From Macrostomum lignano (lineage: Eukaryota), in the NCBI GenBank assembly GCA_002269645.1, contig NIVC01002901.1:1-64000 (forward strand): a stretch of 64,000 bases of DNA, written 5' to 3'. Below are positions 16,455 to 30,598 of this stretch, piece after piece. Positions within the stretch are counted from its first letter, which is position 1. Every line of letters begins with the position of its first letter. The notes under the pieces are model-generated. The model saw only the letters and a program-made list of their open reading frames with translations, did not search any database and had not been told where the DNA came from. The position numbers were made by a program, and so were the translations under genes.

Positions 16455-17199
16455 ATGTTTCAAATGCTAGCATGCCGACTGCACCTGATCCTGATTGCTC
16501 TCGCATGCGCTGCGCTGCTTGGTGAGTGTTCAAGCTGTGGTGTCACCCATGCTGCACCAGTCACTCACTGAGTCACCCATGCTGCACCAGTCACTCACTG
16601 AGTCTCACATGCTGCACCAGTCACTCACTGAGTCACCCACACTGCACCAGTCACTCACTGAGTCACCCACACTGCACCAGTCACTCACTGAGTCACCCAT
16701 ACTGCACCAGTCACTCACTGAGTCACCCATGCTGCACCAGTCACTCACTGAGTCACCCATGCTGCACCAGTCACTCACTGAGTCACCCACACTGCACCAG
16801 TTACTCACTGAGTCACCCACACTGCACCAGTCACTCACTGAGTCACCCACACTGCACCAGTTACTCACTTAGTCATCCACACTGCACCAGTCACTCACTG
16901 AGTCACCCACACTGCACCAGTCACTCACTGAGTCACCCACACTGCACCAGTCACTCACTGAGTCACCCACACTGCACCGGTTACTCACTTAGTCACCCAC
17001 ACTGCACCAGTCACTCACTGAGTCACCCACACTGCACCAGTCACTCACTGAGTCACCCACACTGCACCAGTCACTCACTGAGTCACCCACACTGCACCAG
17101 TCACTCACTGAGTCAGTTTCCCTCCCCACGGCAGTTGCGGCAGTTCCCACAGCAGCCAAATGCATCGAACGCTGGAAGCTGTGCAGCCGGTCAGCTTGA
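16455..17199 (+). pseudogene. Truncated copy of the knottin peptide gene
   Basis: Exon 1 16455-16521 (signal peptide), exon 2 from 17117 reads VSLPTAVAAVPTAAKCIERWKLCSRSA then TGA (17197-17199) created by the junction to the (TGAT)n array; 4 of 6 Cys lost. Confidence 0.8.
16545..17115 (+). repeat. 30-bp minisatellite (gtcacccacactgcaccagtcactcactga)n forming the knottin intron; duplicate at about 19943-20395
   Basis: Direct reading; bounded by GTGAGT donor and CAG acceptor. Confidence 0.95.
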
Positions 17200-17267
17200 T
17201 TGATTGATTGGTTGGTTGGCTGATTGATTGGTTGGTTGGTTGATTGATTGATTGATTGATTGGTTGG

Positions 17268-17354
<87 letters not shown>

Positions 17355-17375
17355 GTTGATTGATTGGTTGGTTGG

Positions 17376-17442
<67 letters not shown>

Positions 17443-17493
17443 GTTGGTTGATTGATTGGTTGGTTGGTTGATTGATTGATTTACGCATTCCAG

Positions 17494-18347
17494 TACGGCT
17501 CGTCAATCATCCTGGACGTGGTTTCCAGCTTGGCTCGCATCGTGGTGCTGCTGGCGTCAAGCGAGGAGTCCGGGATGGCGTACTTCCCCATACTGATTAG
17601 CTACCGCTGTGTCACCTTGGTGCTGGACGTGAGTGGCTCTGCTGGTCACAGGGATTTGGGGGCGATTCACAGCCATGAGAGCAAAGAGAGTACATGCGTG
17701 AAGATTAGAAAGTCAGGCTCGCTGTACACCTTGTGTGAGCGTGTGGGTGAGTGCCTGTCTTGGCTCAGAAGTCAGCGGAATGGGCAGAATCGCCTCATCG
17801 CTGGCTGTTGTGGGACCATGTCAACAGTCATAAGTTGTGAACTCAATCATAAGTTGTGAACTCAATCATAAGTTGTGAACTCAATCATAAGTTGTGAACT
17901 CAATCATAAGTTGTGAACTCAATTATAAGTTGTGAACTCAATTATAAGTTGTGAACTCAATCATAAGTTGTGAACTCAGTCATAAGTTGTGAACTCAATC
18001 ATAAGTTGTGAACTCAATCATAAGTTGTCAACTCAGTCATAAGTTGTGAACTCAGTCATAAGTTGTGAACTCAATCATAAGTTGTCAACTCAGTCATAAG
18101 TTGTGAACTCAATCATAAGTTGTGAACTCAATCATAAGTTGTGAACTCAATCATAAGTTGTGAACTCAATCATAAGTTGTGAACTCAATCATAAGTTGTC
18201 AACTCAGTCATAAGTTGTGAACTCAGTCATAAGTTGTGAACTCAATCATAAGCTCAACCAACCGGTTTCCAGGCAGCAATTCTCTACTCGGTCTACCTGC
18301 TGGTGTTCTCAGAGTCAACTCCGTTGAACGAGCCGCTGGACTACTGA
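17494..18347 (+). pseudogene. Duplicated exons 2 and 3 of the 4-TM gene lacking their own exon 1
   Basis: Exons 17494-17628 and 18273-18347 match 14487-14621 and 15247-15321 with intact splice sites. Confidence 0.7.
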
Positions 18348-19853
18348 CGCACCGGACTCGGTCGCCTAGGAATTCTGCAAAATTCTGCATAGGATGTTGC
18401 TTTATCAACAAGCAGAACTTATTTTCTGTATTCTGTAGCGTGCTTGTCAGGGAAAATGCAACAAAAAGTTTTAGATCTTTTATAATTTTTTTTGACGAAA
18501 ATATACACGTTATCCGCATTGAAGTTTGTAACAAAGAGCTAGATGTACTATAGTCTACTGGCAGCAACCTTGGACTTTTTTCTTATCGTCTGGCTCAAAT
18601 GGAATGCAAATCGCCTGCTGAGTTTGGCTAGCGGGCAACTTTCCTGCCCATGGTATCAAGTTTGCGCCTCTTTTGTAGCTGGCGCCCTCTCTGTAACTAG
18701 CGCCCCTCTCTGTAGCTGGCGCCCCTCTCTGTAACTGGCGCCCCTCTCTGTAGCTGGCGCCCTCTCTGTAACTGGCGCCCCTCTCTGTAGCTGGCGCCCC
18801 TCTCTGTAACTGGCGCCTCTTTCTGTAGCTGGCGCCTCTCTGTAGCTGGCGCCTCTCTGTAGCTGGCGCCCCTCTCTGTAACTGGCGCCCCTCTCTGTAG
18901 CTGGCGCCCCTCTCTGTAACTGGCGCCCCTATCTGTAGCTGGCGCCCCTCTCTGTAACTGGCGCCTCTTTCTGTAGCTGGCGCCTCTCTGTAACTGGCGC
19001 CCCTCTCTGTAGCTGGCGCCCCTCTCTGTAACTGGCGCCTCTTTCTGTAGCTGGCGCCTCTCTGTAGCTGGCGCCCCTCTCTGTAACTGGCGCCCCTCTC
19101 TGTAGCTGGCGCCCCTCTCTGTAACTGGCGCCCCTATCTGTAGCTGGCGCCCCTCTCTGTAACTGGCGCCTCTTTCTGTAGCTGGCGCCTCTCTGTAACT
19201 GGCGCCCCTCTCTGTAGCTGGCGCCCCTCTCTGTAACTGGCGCCCCTATCTGTAGCTGGCGCCCCTCTCTGTAACTGGCGCCTCTTTCTGTAGCTGGCGC
19301 CTCTCTGTAACTGGCGCCCCTCTCTGTAGCTGGCGCCCCTCTCTGTAACTGGCGCCCCTATCTGTAGCTGGCGCCCCTCTCTGTAACTGGCGCCTCTTTC
19401 TGTAGCTGGCGCCTCTCTGTAACTGGCGCCCCTATCTGTAGCTGGCGCCCCTCTCTGTAACTGGCGCCTCTTTCTGTAGCTGGCGCCTCTCTGTAGCTGG
19501 CGCCCCCCTCTGTAACTGGCGCCCCCTCTGTATCTGAGGGCAAGTTTTTCAAATGATTTTTTCGAGGTGAGAGCCAAGAGTTCTTTCTGTATTTTGCCCC
19601 CGCTTGATATCTTCAGACTTTGAGACAGATTTGAGTATTATTGATGACCATTTTCCAATTGCACACATCTCACACGGCTTGAGATGTGAAATCGCATTTC
19701 AAGACAAATTCTCCAATCTATGGCATATCAGATTTTGCTGATATATTGTACCCTAGCCAACTTGATCATTTTCCACTATTTTTCTGCATTTTCTTCATCT
19801 CTTGATAAAACAATTTTTGAATCATCAAAAAGTTTATTACAGACAGTCAAATA

Positions 19854-20562
19854 ATGTTTCAAATGCTAGCATGCCGACTGCACCTGATCCTGATTGCTCT
19901 CGCATGCGCTGCGCTGCTTGGTGAGTGTTCAAGCTGTGGTGTCACGCATGCTGCACCAGTCACTCACTGAGTCACCCACACTGCACCAGTTACTCACTGA
20001 GTCACCCACACTGCACCAGTTACTCACTGAGTCACCCACACTGCACCAGTTACTCACTGAGTCACCCACACTGCACCAGTTACTCACTGAGTCACCCACA
20101 CTGCACCAGTTACTCACTGAGTCACCCACACTGCACCAGTTACTCACTGAGTCACCCATGCTGCACCAGTCACTCACTGAGTCACCCACACTGCACCAGT
20201 CACTCACTGAGTCACCCACACTGCACCAGTCACTCACTGAGTCACCCACACTGCACCAGTCACTCACTGAGTCACCCACACTGCACCAGTCACTCACTGA
20301 GTCACCCACACTGCACCAGTCACTCACTGAGTCACCCACACTGCACCAGTCACTCACTGAGTCACCCACACTGCACCAGTCACTCACTGAGTCAGTTTCC
20401 CTCCCCACGGCAGTTGCGGCAGTTCCCACAGCAGCCAAATGCATCGAACGCTGGAAGCTGTGCAGCCGGTCAGCTGAGTGCTGCACCGGCTACTGCGGCT
20501 GGTACCTGGCGGGCAGCTTGGAGACGCACTGCGGTCCCAGCGACTTCATGCCTCCTCGCTGA
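19854..20562 (+). CDS. Secreted inhibitor-cystine-knot (knottin, C-C-CC-C-C framework) peptide precursor, 77 aa, 2 exons
   Basis: Exon 1 19854-19920 MFQMLACRLHLILIALACAALL, phase-1 intron 19921-20395 (GTGAGT..CAG), exon 2 20396-20562 VSLPTAVAAVPTAAKCIERWKLCSRSAECCTGYCGWYLAGSLETHCGPSDFMPPR*; spacing CX6CX5CCX3CX11C. Confidence 0.85.
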
Positions 20563-20864
20563 GTTCACCGTGCCTTTCGGCTTGGAGTCGTTCTCGGTTT
20601 GAATCGAAAAAGGGAACAAAAAATTGAGAAACCCATGGACTTTAAATTGAAAACAACCTCGTCAAATATTTTGTTAATTAAGTCACTTGATGTTCTTCTA
20701 TTCGATAGTTCTCAGTCATTATTTGTCTTTGCGTATCTGAAGCTGGTCATTTCCTGATGCAGAACCGCATGTTCTCTTGCTTACCAGATTAACTGTCAAA
20801 ATATGCTTCTTATGGCACTGAATTTTTAGCACGCTGAGAGAGCATCGAATAGCGCTGAGATGCT

Positions 20865-21404
20865 AAGGCTCAAGAGGGGAGTTGCTGAGAAGCCAAGGCT
20901 CAAGAGGGGAGTTGCTGAGAAGCCAAGGCTCAAGAGGGGAGTTGCTGAGAAGCCAAGGCTCAAGAGGGGAGTTGCTGAGAAGCCAAGGCTCAAGACGGGA
21001 GTTGCTGAGAAGCCAAGGCTCAAGAAGGGAGTTGCTGAGAAGCCAAGGCTCAAGAGGGAGTTGCTGAGAAGCCAAGGCTCAAGAGGGAGTTGCTGAGAAG
21101 CCAAGGCTCAAGAGGGGAGTTGCTGAGAAGCCAAGGCTCAAGAGGGAGTTGCTGAGAAGCCAAGGCTCAAGAGGGAGTTGCTGAGAAGCCAAGGCTCAAG
21201 AGGGGAGTTGCTGAGAAGCCAAGGCTCAAGAGGGGAGTTGCTGAGAAGCCAAGGCTCTAGAGGGGAGTTGCTGAGAAGCCAAGGCTCAAGAGGGAGTTGC
21301 TGAGATGCCAAGGCTCAAGAGGGAGTTGCTGAGATGCCAAGGCTCAAGAAGGAGTTGCTGAGAAGCCAAGGCTCAAGAGGGAGTTGCTGAGAGCCAAGGC
21401 TCAA
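20865..21404 (+). repeat. 28-30-bp minisatellite (gttgctgagaagccaaggctcaagagggga)n
   Basis: Direct reading. Confidence 0.95.
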
Positions 21405-22054
21405 AAGGGGAAGTGACGCAAAAGGACATGCCTTCCCGGACAACGGAGTCTGATGTCAGCAGTGCAAGTGACCAGTGCAACTCGTGAAAATTCGATTTGG
21501 ATCACTTTGGAAACAAGAATTGGAATAAGGAAAAAGCTGATTTCTCGAGAGCTTGCTTGAATACGCAACCGATACAACAAATTTGCATTCCCTACCGGCC
21601 TCCGGCACACTTCTAATACAGCCAAGTGTAGCTGCAGTGGTTCTGCTGCAGTTTTCCATGGATAAAAATGACCTTTTATCTACAACAAATGCGGTGCGAT
21701 AACATTTGTCGTAGCACCAAAGACACATTGAAGGCCGGTTCACATTATTACCGGTTGCTCCGCGGGTCAAATATTGCTCAAATCAATTATAAAATGGGTC
21801 TGAACAAACTGCACATTGAAGCTTTAAAGTGGTGTTTCGCTTCATCAGCGCTTACGTTACCAAGCCAATAAATATTACACAACAAGCCTTCTGGGGGAGG
21901 GGCCTGTTTGAGCACAGATGAGCAGCGGGATGCTCCAGATTTTACCTGTTGCCTCTTTCACCACAGTACGCACTGATTTTCAAGCATCCTTGCCAGCTAT
22001 CCTTCCGAGTTTTTGGGCCGAGCGGTCGAACATTGTAACGAGCTCCACGAAAAA

Positions 22055-22575
22055 CTGGAAGATTTGAAGACCGGAAGACCTCCGGAAGATTGGAAGAGTA
22101 GACTATAAGAGTGGAAAAGTGGAAGACCGGAAGACTGGAAAACCGGAAGACAGGAAGAGTGGAAGATTGGAAGACCGGAAGATTGGAAGATTGGAAGATT
22201 GAAGAGTGGAAGACTGGAAAAGTGGAATTCCGGAAGACAGGAAAAGTTGAAGACCGGAAGACTGGAAGAGTGAACGAGTGGAAGAATGGAAGAGTGGAAG
22301 ACTGAAAGAGTGGAAGAGTGGAAGAGTGGAAGAGTGGAAGAATGGAAGACTGAAAGAGTGGAAGAGTGGAAGAGTGGAAGAGTGGAAGAGTGGAAGAGTG
22401 GAAGAGTGGAAGATTGGAAGAGTGGAAGAGTGGAAGACAGGAAGATTGGAAATCGAAGAGTGGAAGAGTGGAAGAGTGGAAGATTGGAAGAGTGGAAGAT
22501 TGGAAGAGTGGAATTCCGGAAGACTGGAAAAGTTGAAGACCGGAAGACTGGATGATTGGACGACTGGAAGAGTGG
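22055..22575 (+). repeat. Purine-rich (GGAAGAGT)-type 8-bp degenerate repeat
   Basis: Direct reading. Confidence 0.93.
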
Positions 22576-22972
22576 GAAACCACACAGGTCGCTAAAACAG
22601 TGCATAGAAGTGGCATTATTGGCATGCATGAATGCTATCCATATGCGCTAATGCATGCCAACGCAGGGCCTCCGCACCATGCAAATTAATTCAATGTTTT
22701 ATACAATGAAAACAGATGCAAAACGCTTGGCTAGGAGCAGGGTCTGTCTGTCTCTCTCTCACTACTCTACTCTAGTCATTGGCATTCTGAATACGCCCTT
22801 GCGAGCGCAACGGCAGTGCAGCGCAACTGCACTTTTAGCCATAGAACTCGGTTTTACGCTTTCGGCTGCAGCAAAAGTGCCTGTTTGTCTCGTATTCGGG
22901 ACATCCGGTCCGGCTTATCATTATAAGAATCCATTAAAACGCTTCATTAGTGTCGCGTCTTCAGCTTCAACC

Positions 22973-23062
22973 ATGTCAGCAAACATGCGACAATGCCGGC
23001 ATTGCGGCGAATGGATAACTTTAAAAAATTATGCTCGCCACGTGAAGCGCCGCCACTGGAAG
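22973..23062 (+). CDS. Candidate first exon encoding a single C2H2/BED-like zinc finger
   Basis: ATG in ccATGt context; MSANMRQCRHCGEWITLKNYARHVKRRHWK (CX2CX11HX4H) followed directly by a GTAAGC donor; downstream exons not resolved. Confidence 0.5.
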
Positions 23063-23149
23063 GTAAGCAATGCCTACCATGATTTTATTTGATTTTTAAA
23101 AACCTGCTTATCAGTCAAATTAGCACACTAGATAATTGCCACTGCTCGA

Positions 23150-23425
23150 AGGGTGTGCAGCCTAGGGTGGTTAGAGCGTCGGACTTACGACTTAAAGGTC
23201 GGGGGTTCGACTCCTAATTCCACTGGAACAATTTGTCCTTGAGCAAGACACTCAAATTTGCATTGCTTCAGTTCACCCAGCTGTAAAATGGGTGCCAGCG
23301 CTTGCTGCGGTAATCGAGGGTGCGTGTGGCGCCCGGGCGCCCCCCCCCCCACCGTTCATTAGACTGAACAGCCGTACGCAGCCTTCAGATGCGCCGCGCA
23401 ATTGCTGCGGCTGAGCTGTCAGTTA
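23150..23425 (+). mobile_element. tRNA-derived SINE with CORE-like central domain (copy 1)
   Basis: A-box-like ...tggttagagc, B box ggttcgactcc, then ccttgagcaagacactcaa...cttcagttcacccagctgtaaaatggg, similar to the MIR/CORE motif; homologous to 31428-31700. Confidence 0.8.
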
Positions 23426-24241
23426 GGGCATATGTATTTAATTATGATTTATGTAACCACGCTCTGGTCGCGGGATATGGCAAGGGAAATTTTTCAAAAG
23501 TACCTCCGATCTCGGTGCACCTCCTGAGCAGACTGGGTCAGGTCCTTAACCCGGCCTGCTGACTCCCGCTCTGCTGCATCCCCCTGCTGCCTCGGCTCCG
23601 TCTCACACTCCCGCCACACGTGCCTTTCCGGAGCCCCTGTCTCCCTCTGCACCCACCAGCTACTCTATTTCCTATGCGCTCTACCCTATCTATTATGTAC
23701 TTCTTCCGATTCCCATCTTTTTGTCTCTTTTGTACTGTTTTCCTGCGCTGTTCCCCCTTTCTCGGTGCCTACTTACAGTACTTTGTGCACTCACCGTCAC
23801 CCCCACCCGTTAGTAAAGTCCCAAATGGTGACGCAAGTCTTGTGACCCCTCTTTCCCCTCGATTACTCATCGATGACTCACCACCCCCTCTTGCGCAACC
23901 TTTTCTCATGCTATTGTTCTCCTCCCCAAATTTCTCATGCGACACCCACCCCACCTCCGCTTCTATTGTTTTCGTTTTTGATTCTTTTGTTCTCCTTTTC
24001 GCACCCAATTATCACCTTTTCTCCAATGTTTGCTTTTCTATTGTTCTCTGTACTCCCCAATTATCCCCGATTTCCATTCCTTTGTTCTCGACCCCAGCCC
24101 TATTGTTCTCAACGTTTGCTTGCGCAACACTTTCCCGATCTCCCGCTGCGCCAATTATCCCCCACCCCACCTCCGGATTGCGCAATTTGTCCATTTCTCA
24201 TGTTGCTAATTCGTTCTCATGCTTCTCATCATGACTCATTC

Positions 24242-24322
24242 TGACGTCATTTCGCCGGCAGCCAATCAGAGAGAGGGAGTCATGGAAACGACCTTGGAGC
24301 GGCGGCTGGTAAGGCTATTTAA
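24242..24322 (+). promoter_or_regulatory. Compact Pol II promoter-like module: CRE palindrome, CCAAT box, TATA-like element
   Basis: TGACGTCA 24242-24249, gCCAATcag 24261-24269, TATTTAA 24316-24322. Confidence 0.35.
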
Positions 24323-24427
24323 GGAAGCGGTTTTCGGCATGAGAATCCTCAAACTCCTCCGTCCTTGTCTTACTTTGGACTTGTTGTCAGACGCTGCTCT
24401 GACCTATTCGTCCATAGGACGAACCTC

Positions 24428-24850
24428 TGCCGGTCCGCGGTCTGTTACCGCCAAGTTCCTTTCAGCTCCCCAAGTGAGCTCATCTGCCGGCCAGCGGTCT
24501 GTTACCGCCAAGTTCCTTTCAGCTCCCCAAGTGAGCTCATCTGCCGGCCAGCGGTCTGATACCGCCAACTTCCTTTCAGCTCCCCAAGTGAGCTCATCTG
24601 CTGGCCAGCGGTCTGATACCGCCAACTTCCTTTCAGCTCCCCAAGTGAGCTCATCTGCCGGCCAGCGGTCTGATACCGCCAACTTCCTTTCAGCTCCCCA
24701 AGTGAGCTCATCTGCTGGCCAGCGGTCTGATACCGCCAACTTCCTTTCAGCTCCCCAAGTGAGCTCATCTGCCGGCCAGCGGTCTGATACCGCCAAGTTC
24801 CTTTCAGCTCCCCAAGTGAGCTCATCTGCCGGCCAGCGGTCTGTTACCGC
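24428..24850 (+). repeat. 57-bp minisatellite, about 7 copies
   Basis: gccggccagcggtctgataccgccaacttcctttcagctccccaagtgagctcatct repeated. Confidence 0.95.
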
Positions 24851-26284
24851 CCAGCATCTTCAGCATCGCCTGAACTACATCAGCGCCTCGTCGCTCCAGC
24901 GCATCGCCGCTTCACTGTCTGCCTGTCTGCAGCCAACAGCCGTCGTCGGTCACTCCATCGCTCTCTTTCTCTGTGCAGCTGCCGGTAAGTTCCTGTTACT
25001 AATTTGTGCTCTTATTGCCTTGCTTGTCCGGGTTCGCCTATTTTTCCATTGCTTAATTAGAGAGCGGAGCCAATTGTGATACCATACCTTTTGCTGTATT
25101 ATATTCAATAGTGAAGCCGCTTAATTGCCTGATTATCTTGCCTAATGGCCTAATCGTTAACTATTACTAAACTCATCATTATTCACCTGTTCACCATCAT
25201 TTCATTCATGGCTTGCTAAGCCTTTCTCCCAGGGTGGCAAGGCATAAGGAAGTTCGGGTAAGCTAATGGCCTCTCCCCGTGCAAAGCCCGCCTGTGTGTG
25301 CGTGCTGCGGGGCCGTGTGTGCATGCAGTAGAGGGATTAGCGAGTCTTGGCACAGAATGGCAGTAGGAAGGTTGCAACCCCATGCTGACGCGTCCCTTCG
25401 CCCTGAGCAATCTAAACTGTAGACAGTACATGTTCGCCTCACCCTACTCTTAGTAATTGAAACCGCAAGTCAGCCTCGATCACAGCCACAAAGGATCCCC
25501 TGCTGAGAAATCCTCCAGATTGAGCCCAGAGTTCCCGATCATGCCCCAAGCAGAGTCCCTGTACTCGGCTGCATGCGTCTGATCCCCTGCATGTTAGCCT
25601 AAATCTCCTGGTAACCAATCCAGGCGGGGCTCTAGCCTCGAGAGGTCTGGTAGTAAGATCCAGGTGCGCCAGGTCACATAGAGTGGTGGCAGCCACTCGG
25701 TCATGCTATGGCCGAGTGACCAACTATTGCACCTTGGCTACAGGCGGGGTCCATGTGGGTCCTTGGCCCTCTGGTCACGAAAGCGCTACCAAAGCTATCA
25801 ATCATGTGGGCGGGACAGTCTGGTGCTGGAGGTCCGTCAGGTCATTGCCCGGTCATAGGCAGCCTACGGTCATTGCCCCCTTCTGGTCATGCGTTCGTCT
25901 CCCAGCGGAGCGGACAGGCGACAAGGGCGGTTACATCAATTATTATTATTACGAGCGTATTATCGCTGAGAGTTTCAAGAACAAAACTTATTTACGAGAC
26001 TGCAGTCACAGTGTGTTTATTTTTTCTTTCTCTGCCTCAACCGAGCTCCTATTCGACCTTCTCAATTGCTGAGTTTTCTTGGTTTCTGTGCTATTGCACT
26101 CCTGCATTAGATTCCTGTTTGATGTGTATTCGCGCTCAGACAATGATCCGCTAAGCTTCCTGAAACCAAGCAGCAACCAAAGTCAATGATAAGCGCCGAG
26201 CCGAGCGCCGAGCCGAGCGCCGCGCCGAGCGCCGCGCCGAGGAGCCAGGCCCCGCGCCCCGAGCCCGCCCGCCCGCCCGCGTTC

Positions 26285-26692
26285 ATGAGTAGCTCCCCGC
26301 TAAAGAGGTAATATCAAATTAATATCTAATAGAGATACCAAAGACATCGAAATAAATGCAAGCTCATGTTTCAACAAAGTCACTTGCGTCACGCCTAAAC
26401 TGCACTTTTCACTGCAGGCGGCGCGAAACACCAGAAGAAGAGGCCGAGGGCGAGCTCATCGCCAAGGTGCAAGCGGCCGCTAGGGTGAGTGCAGCCACTA
26501 GGAATATGGACTGTTTCTGACAAGTAACCTGATTACTACTCCATCAAGCTGACACACTTTACTCCATTCTGGAATCAATTTCAGGAGTTTTGCGAAAGAA
26601 AGAAACGAAAGATCGTAAAAGATCAGGCGACACAAACCTGGCTGGCACCTCTGGAAGTTCCCTGCCTATTGTGTCTCTGGCTCTCATCCTGA
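26285..26692 (+). CDS. Candidate 3-exon micro-gene, 65 aa, basic/acidic, unknown function
   Basis: Exons 26285-26307, 26418-26484, 26585-26692 join in frame through GTAATA..CTGCAG and GTGAGT..TTTCAG introns: MSSSPLKRRRETPEEEAEGELIAKVQAAAREFCERKKRKIVKDQATQTWLAPLEVPCLLCLWLSS*. Confidence 0.45.
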
Positions 26693-27957
26693 CAGGGGAT
26701 TGGCGTCCTGGGCTGGAAGTTCGTCTCGTACCGGGGATACCGGCTGAGTCCGGGTCCTCTTGCCCCGGGTGCCCCTCTCCCGACTCCTTGGCCTGGCCCC
26801 CAATATAGAGCTGGGTAGGTGATGCCCTTGGGCTTGAGCAATAGAGGTAGACGGTCTTCCTGCCTGGAGTCTCGCCCTCGGATACAAGCCTCCCAGACTC
26901 GCTCCAACTAAATTTTTCAAGCCTTTTCCGTAGACTCTGGGTTAACCCGCTCTCGGACCGCTTAGAGTAGTATCCCAAGCATTTCGCAATCCAATTTCTT
27001 TTTTCGCGCACACCCAAAGACTTGTCAGCTGGGGGGGGGGGTGGCCTGGGTGGACTCGGTCTTAGCACCGTCCCTGATTCGATTGTTGGTCAGCGGTGTC
27101 TTGTACCGCAGGTTTGGGCTAGTAGCACCAATGCTCCATGCTCTCCCCAGAGTCCTGAGCTCTGGTCCCAACCGTGGCCTCTCGAGCTATATATATGCTC
27201 CTGGTAGTATGGCCCACAAATAGCTCCTAGCGGCAGAGCCCCCTTAGGGCTGATCCGTGGGTAAGCCCAGCTTCTCACCCCAGTTTAACAACAACTAAAT
27301 AGTTTTGTCCTTGAGAGCAATTTCGACGAGCACCGGTTTTTGGTCGCATAATTTTATGTAAGTTAAGTTAAGTTAGTAAAGTTATGGCACGATACATATA
27401 CAGCCTACTTGTAGTAGTGTGGATTTGGATCATCTCAATATTAGATTTGGATTGGTCCTCAATAAGCAGGATAAAAGTGCATTGGATTCGGATCGGTATG
27501 CAATACCTAGTGTCCCTCGGAAGGTCTACGGTATTGGTAGCTCACAGAATATTTTTAGGACCTGTGGCCCCGTATAACAAATGTACTATTAGGATACTAT
27601 TGAGGTGGGTGTCTCATTTTCCCTCTTCCTCCGATGCAGGGCCGTCTACAGCTGCCGAACTATACAAAGCAAAAAGAAAGACTTTGTCTTTTAAGAGAAT
27701 CAAATTACTTTACTAAATAGTGCAAGATATGTTTTTTTACAATTGAGTTTTTACATTTTGTTTTACCGTACGACTGCAAGTATTTGTAGAATTCAGTTAT
27801 TGCCATCAGTGGCGGACCCACGATTTTAAAGTAGTGGGGGGGGGGGCGGTCCCGGGCGGATTGGCCCAACTTTTTGGGTTGGGCCAAAATAAGCTCTAAA
27901 TAAGCCTCAAATGGCAATGCTCCCCCCATATATGCAAGTCCAGCCACGGCAAAAGAG

Positions 27958-27968
27958 TGTCTGTCTTA

Positions 27969-28060
<92 letters not shown>

Positions 28061-28160
28061 TTCTGTCTGTCTGTCCGTCCGTCTCAGTATCCGTCTGTAT
28101 GTCTGCTTGATCTGTCTGTCTGTCTTAGTCTGTCTTAGTCTGTCTTAGTGTCTGTCTTAG

Positions 28161-28205
<45 letters not shown>

Positions 28206-28240
28206 CAGTGTCAGTCTGTCTGTCTGTTTGATCTGTCTGT
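27958..28240 (+). repeat. (GTCT)n microsatellite
   Basis: Direct reading. Confidence 0.95.
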
Positions 28241-28698
28241 CTTAGACGGGGACGGGGAACATTGGACTTGCGGAAGGGGCCGCAGCCTAGCGGTCTAAGG
28301 CGGCGCTCTGATCTGCCAGCGGCCGGGGCTCGATTCCAAAGTGCAGTCACATTAATTTAAAGCTAAATTAGAACCTCGGCTTGGCTCTACCTTTGCCATT
28401 AACCCCAAGGCACAGAGTAGTGCACATGCCTAAAGATAAAAGGTTAGAGCCGCTGTGTTCACTGATTCTCTGAACAGTGCTGCTGGTCTTGAAAAATTTA
28501 GTGACAATTTTCAGTGTGCCATTTTCACTTCCGACTTGCTTATCAAATAGCTACAAACTCGATCCGATAATTTGATAGCGCGGTTGTAAGCCAAGCAGTG
28601 TATTTATCAATTAAACAATTTGAAAAGTTCAAAAACCAACACTTAAACACGACTGCCCGTAAACACGACTGCCCATTTGCACTGTCAGCATCTGGGAT

Positions 28699-30298
<1,600 letters not shown>

Positions 30299-30448
30299 TC
30301 TTTCAGTTGCCAAAGTGTAGTGGACTCAATATGAATTGCAGAAGATGGACTAAACCTATGCAATTTTTTATTCAAAGTGAGTTCGTCGTGGGAGTTGACA
30401 GCATGTCTATGGTAAAATCTCACTGAAAAAGCATTAGGCGCAGAATGC

Positions 30449-30598
30449 ATTCCTGCACGGTTTTGTGCATTCCTGCACGATGAATCATCCGACAATGGAA
30501 TTCCTTCACGTTCACTCGTGCGTGAAGGACATCGTGCACTCGTGCGCTAGCGCGCACTCGTGCAGATGTCATTCCCGCACTCGTGACCGTGCAGGAAT
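30449..30598. mobile_element. ~150-bp MITE-like element
   Basis: 13-bp perfect inverted ends attcctgcacggt (30449-30461) and accgtgcaggaat (30586-30598); internal gcactcgtg repeats. Confidence 0.45.

Noticed and set aside
23150-23225. Functional tRNA genes at the SINE heads (also 31428-31500)
   Set aside because: No proper acceptor stem or terminator; both continue into a shared SINE body.
26559-27068. Retroviral gag-like or DIRS recombinase reading of the minus-strand ORFs
   Set aside because: Only superficial similarity (YPALY); no RT, integrase, RHRY or zinc-knuckle motifs, no LTRs found.
27806-27945. cagtggcggaccc...poly-G element as a defined transposon
   Set aside because: Resembles ends of common non-autonomous elements but no matching opposite end or target duplication was found.
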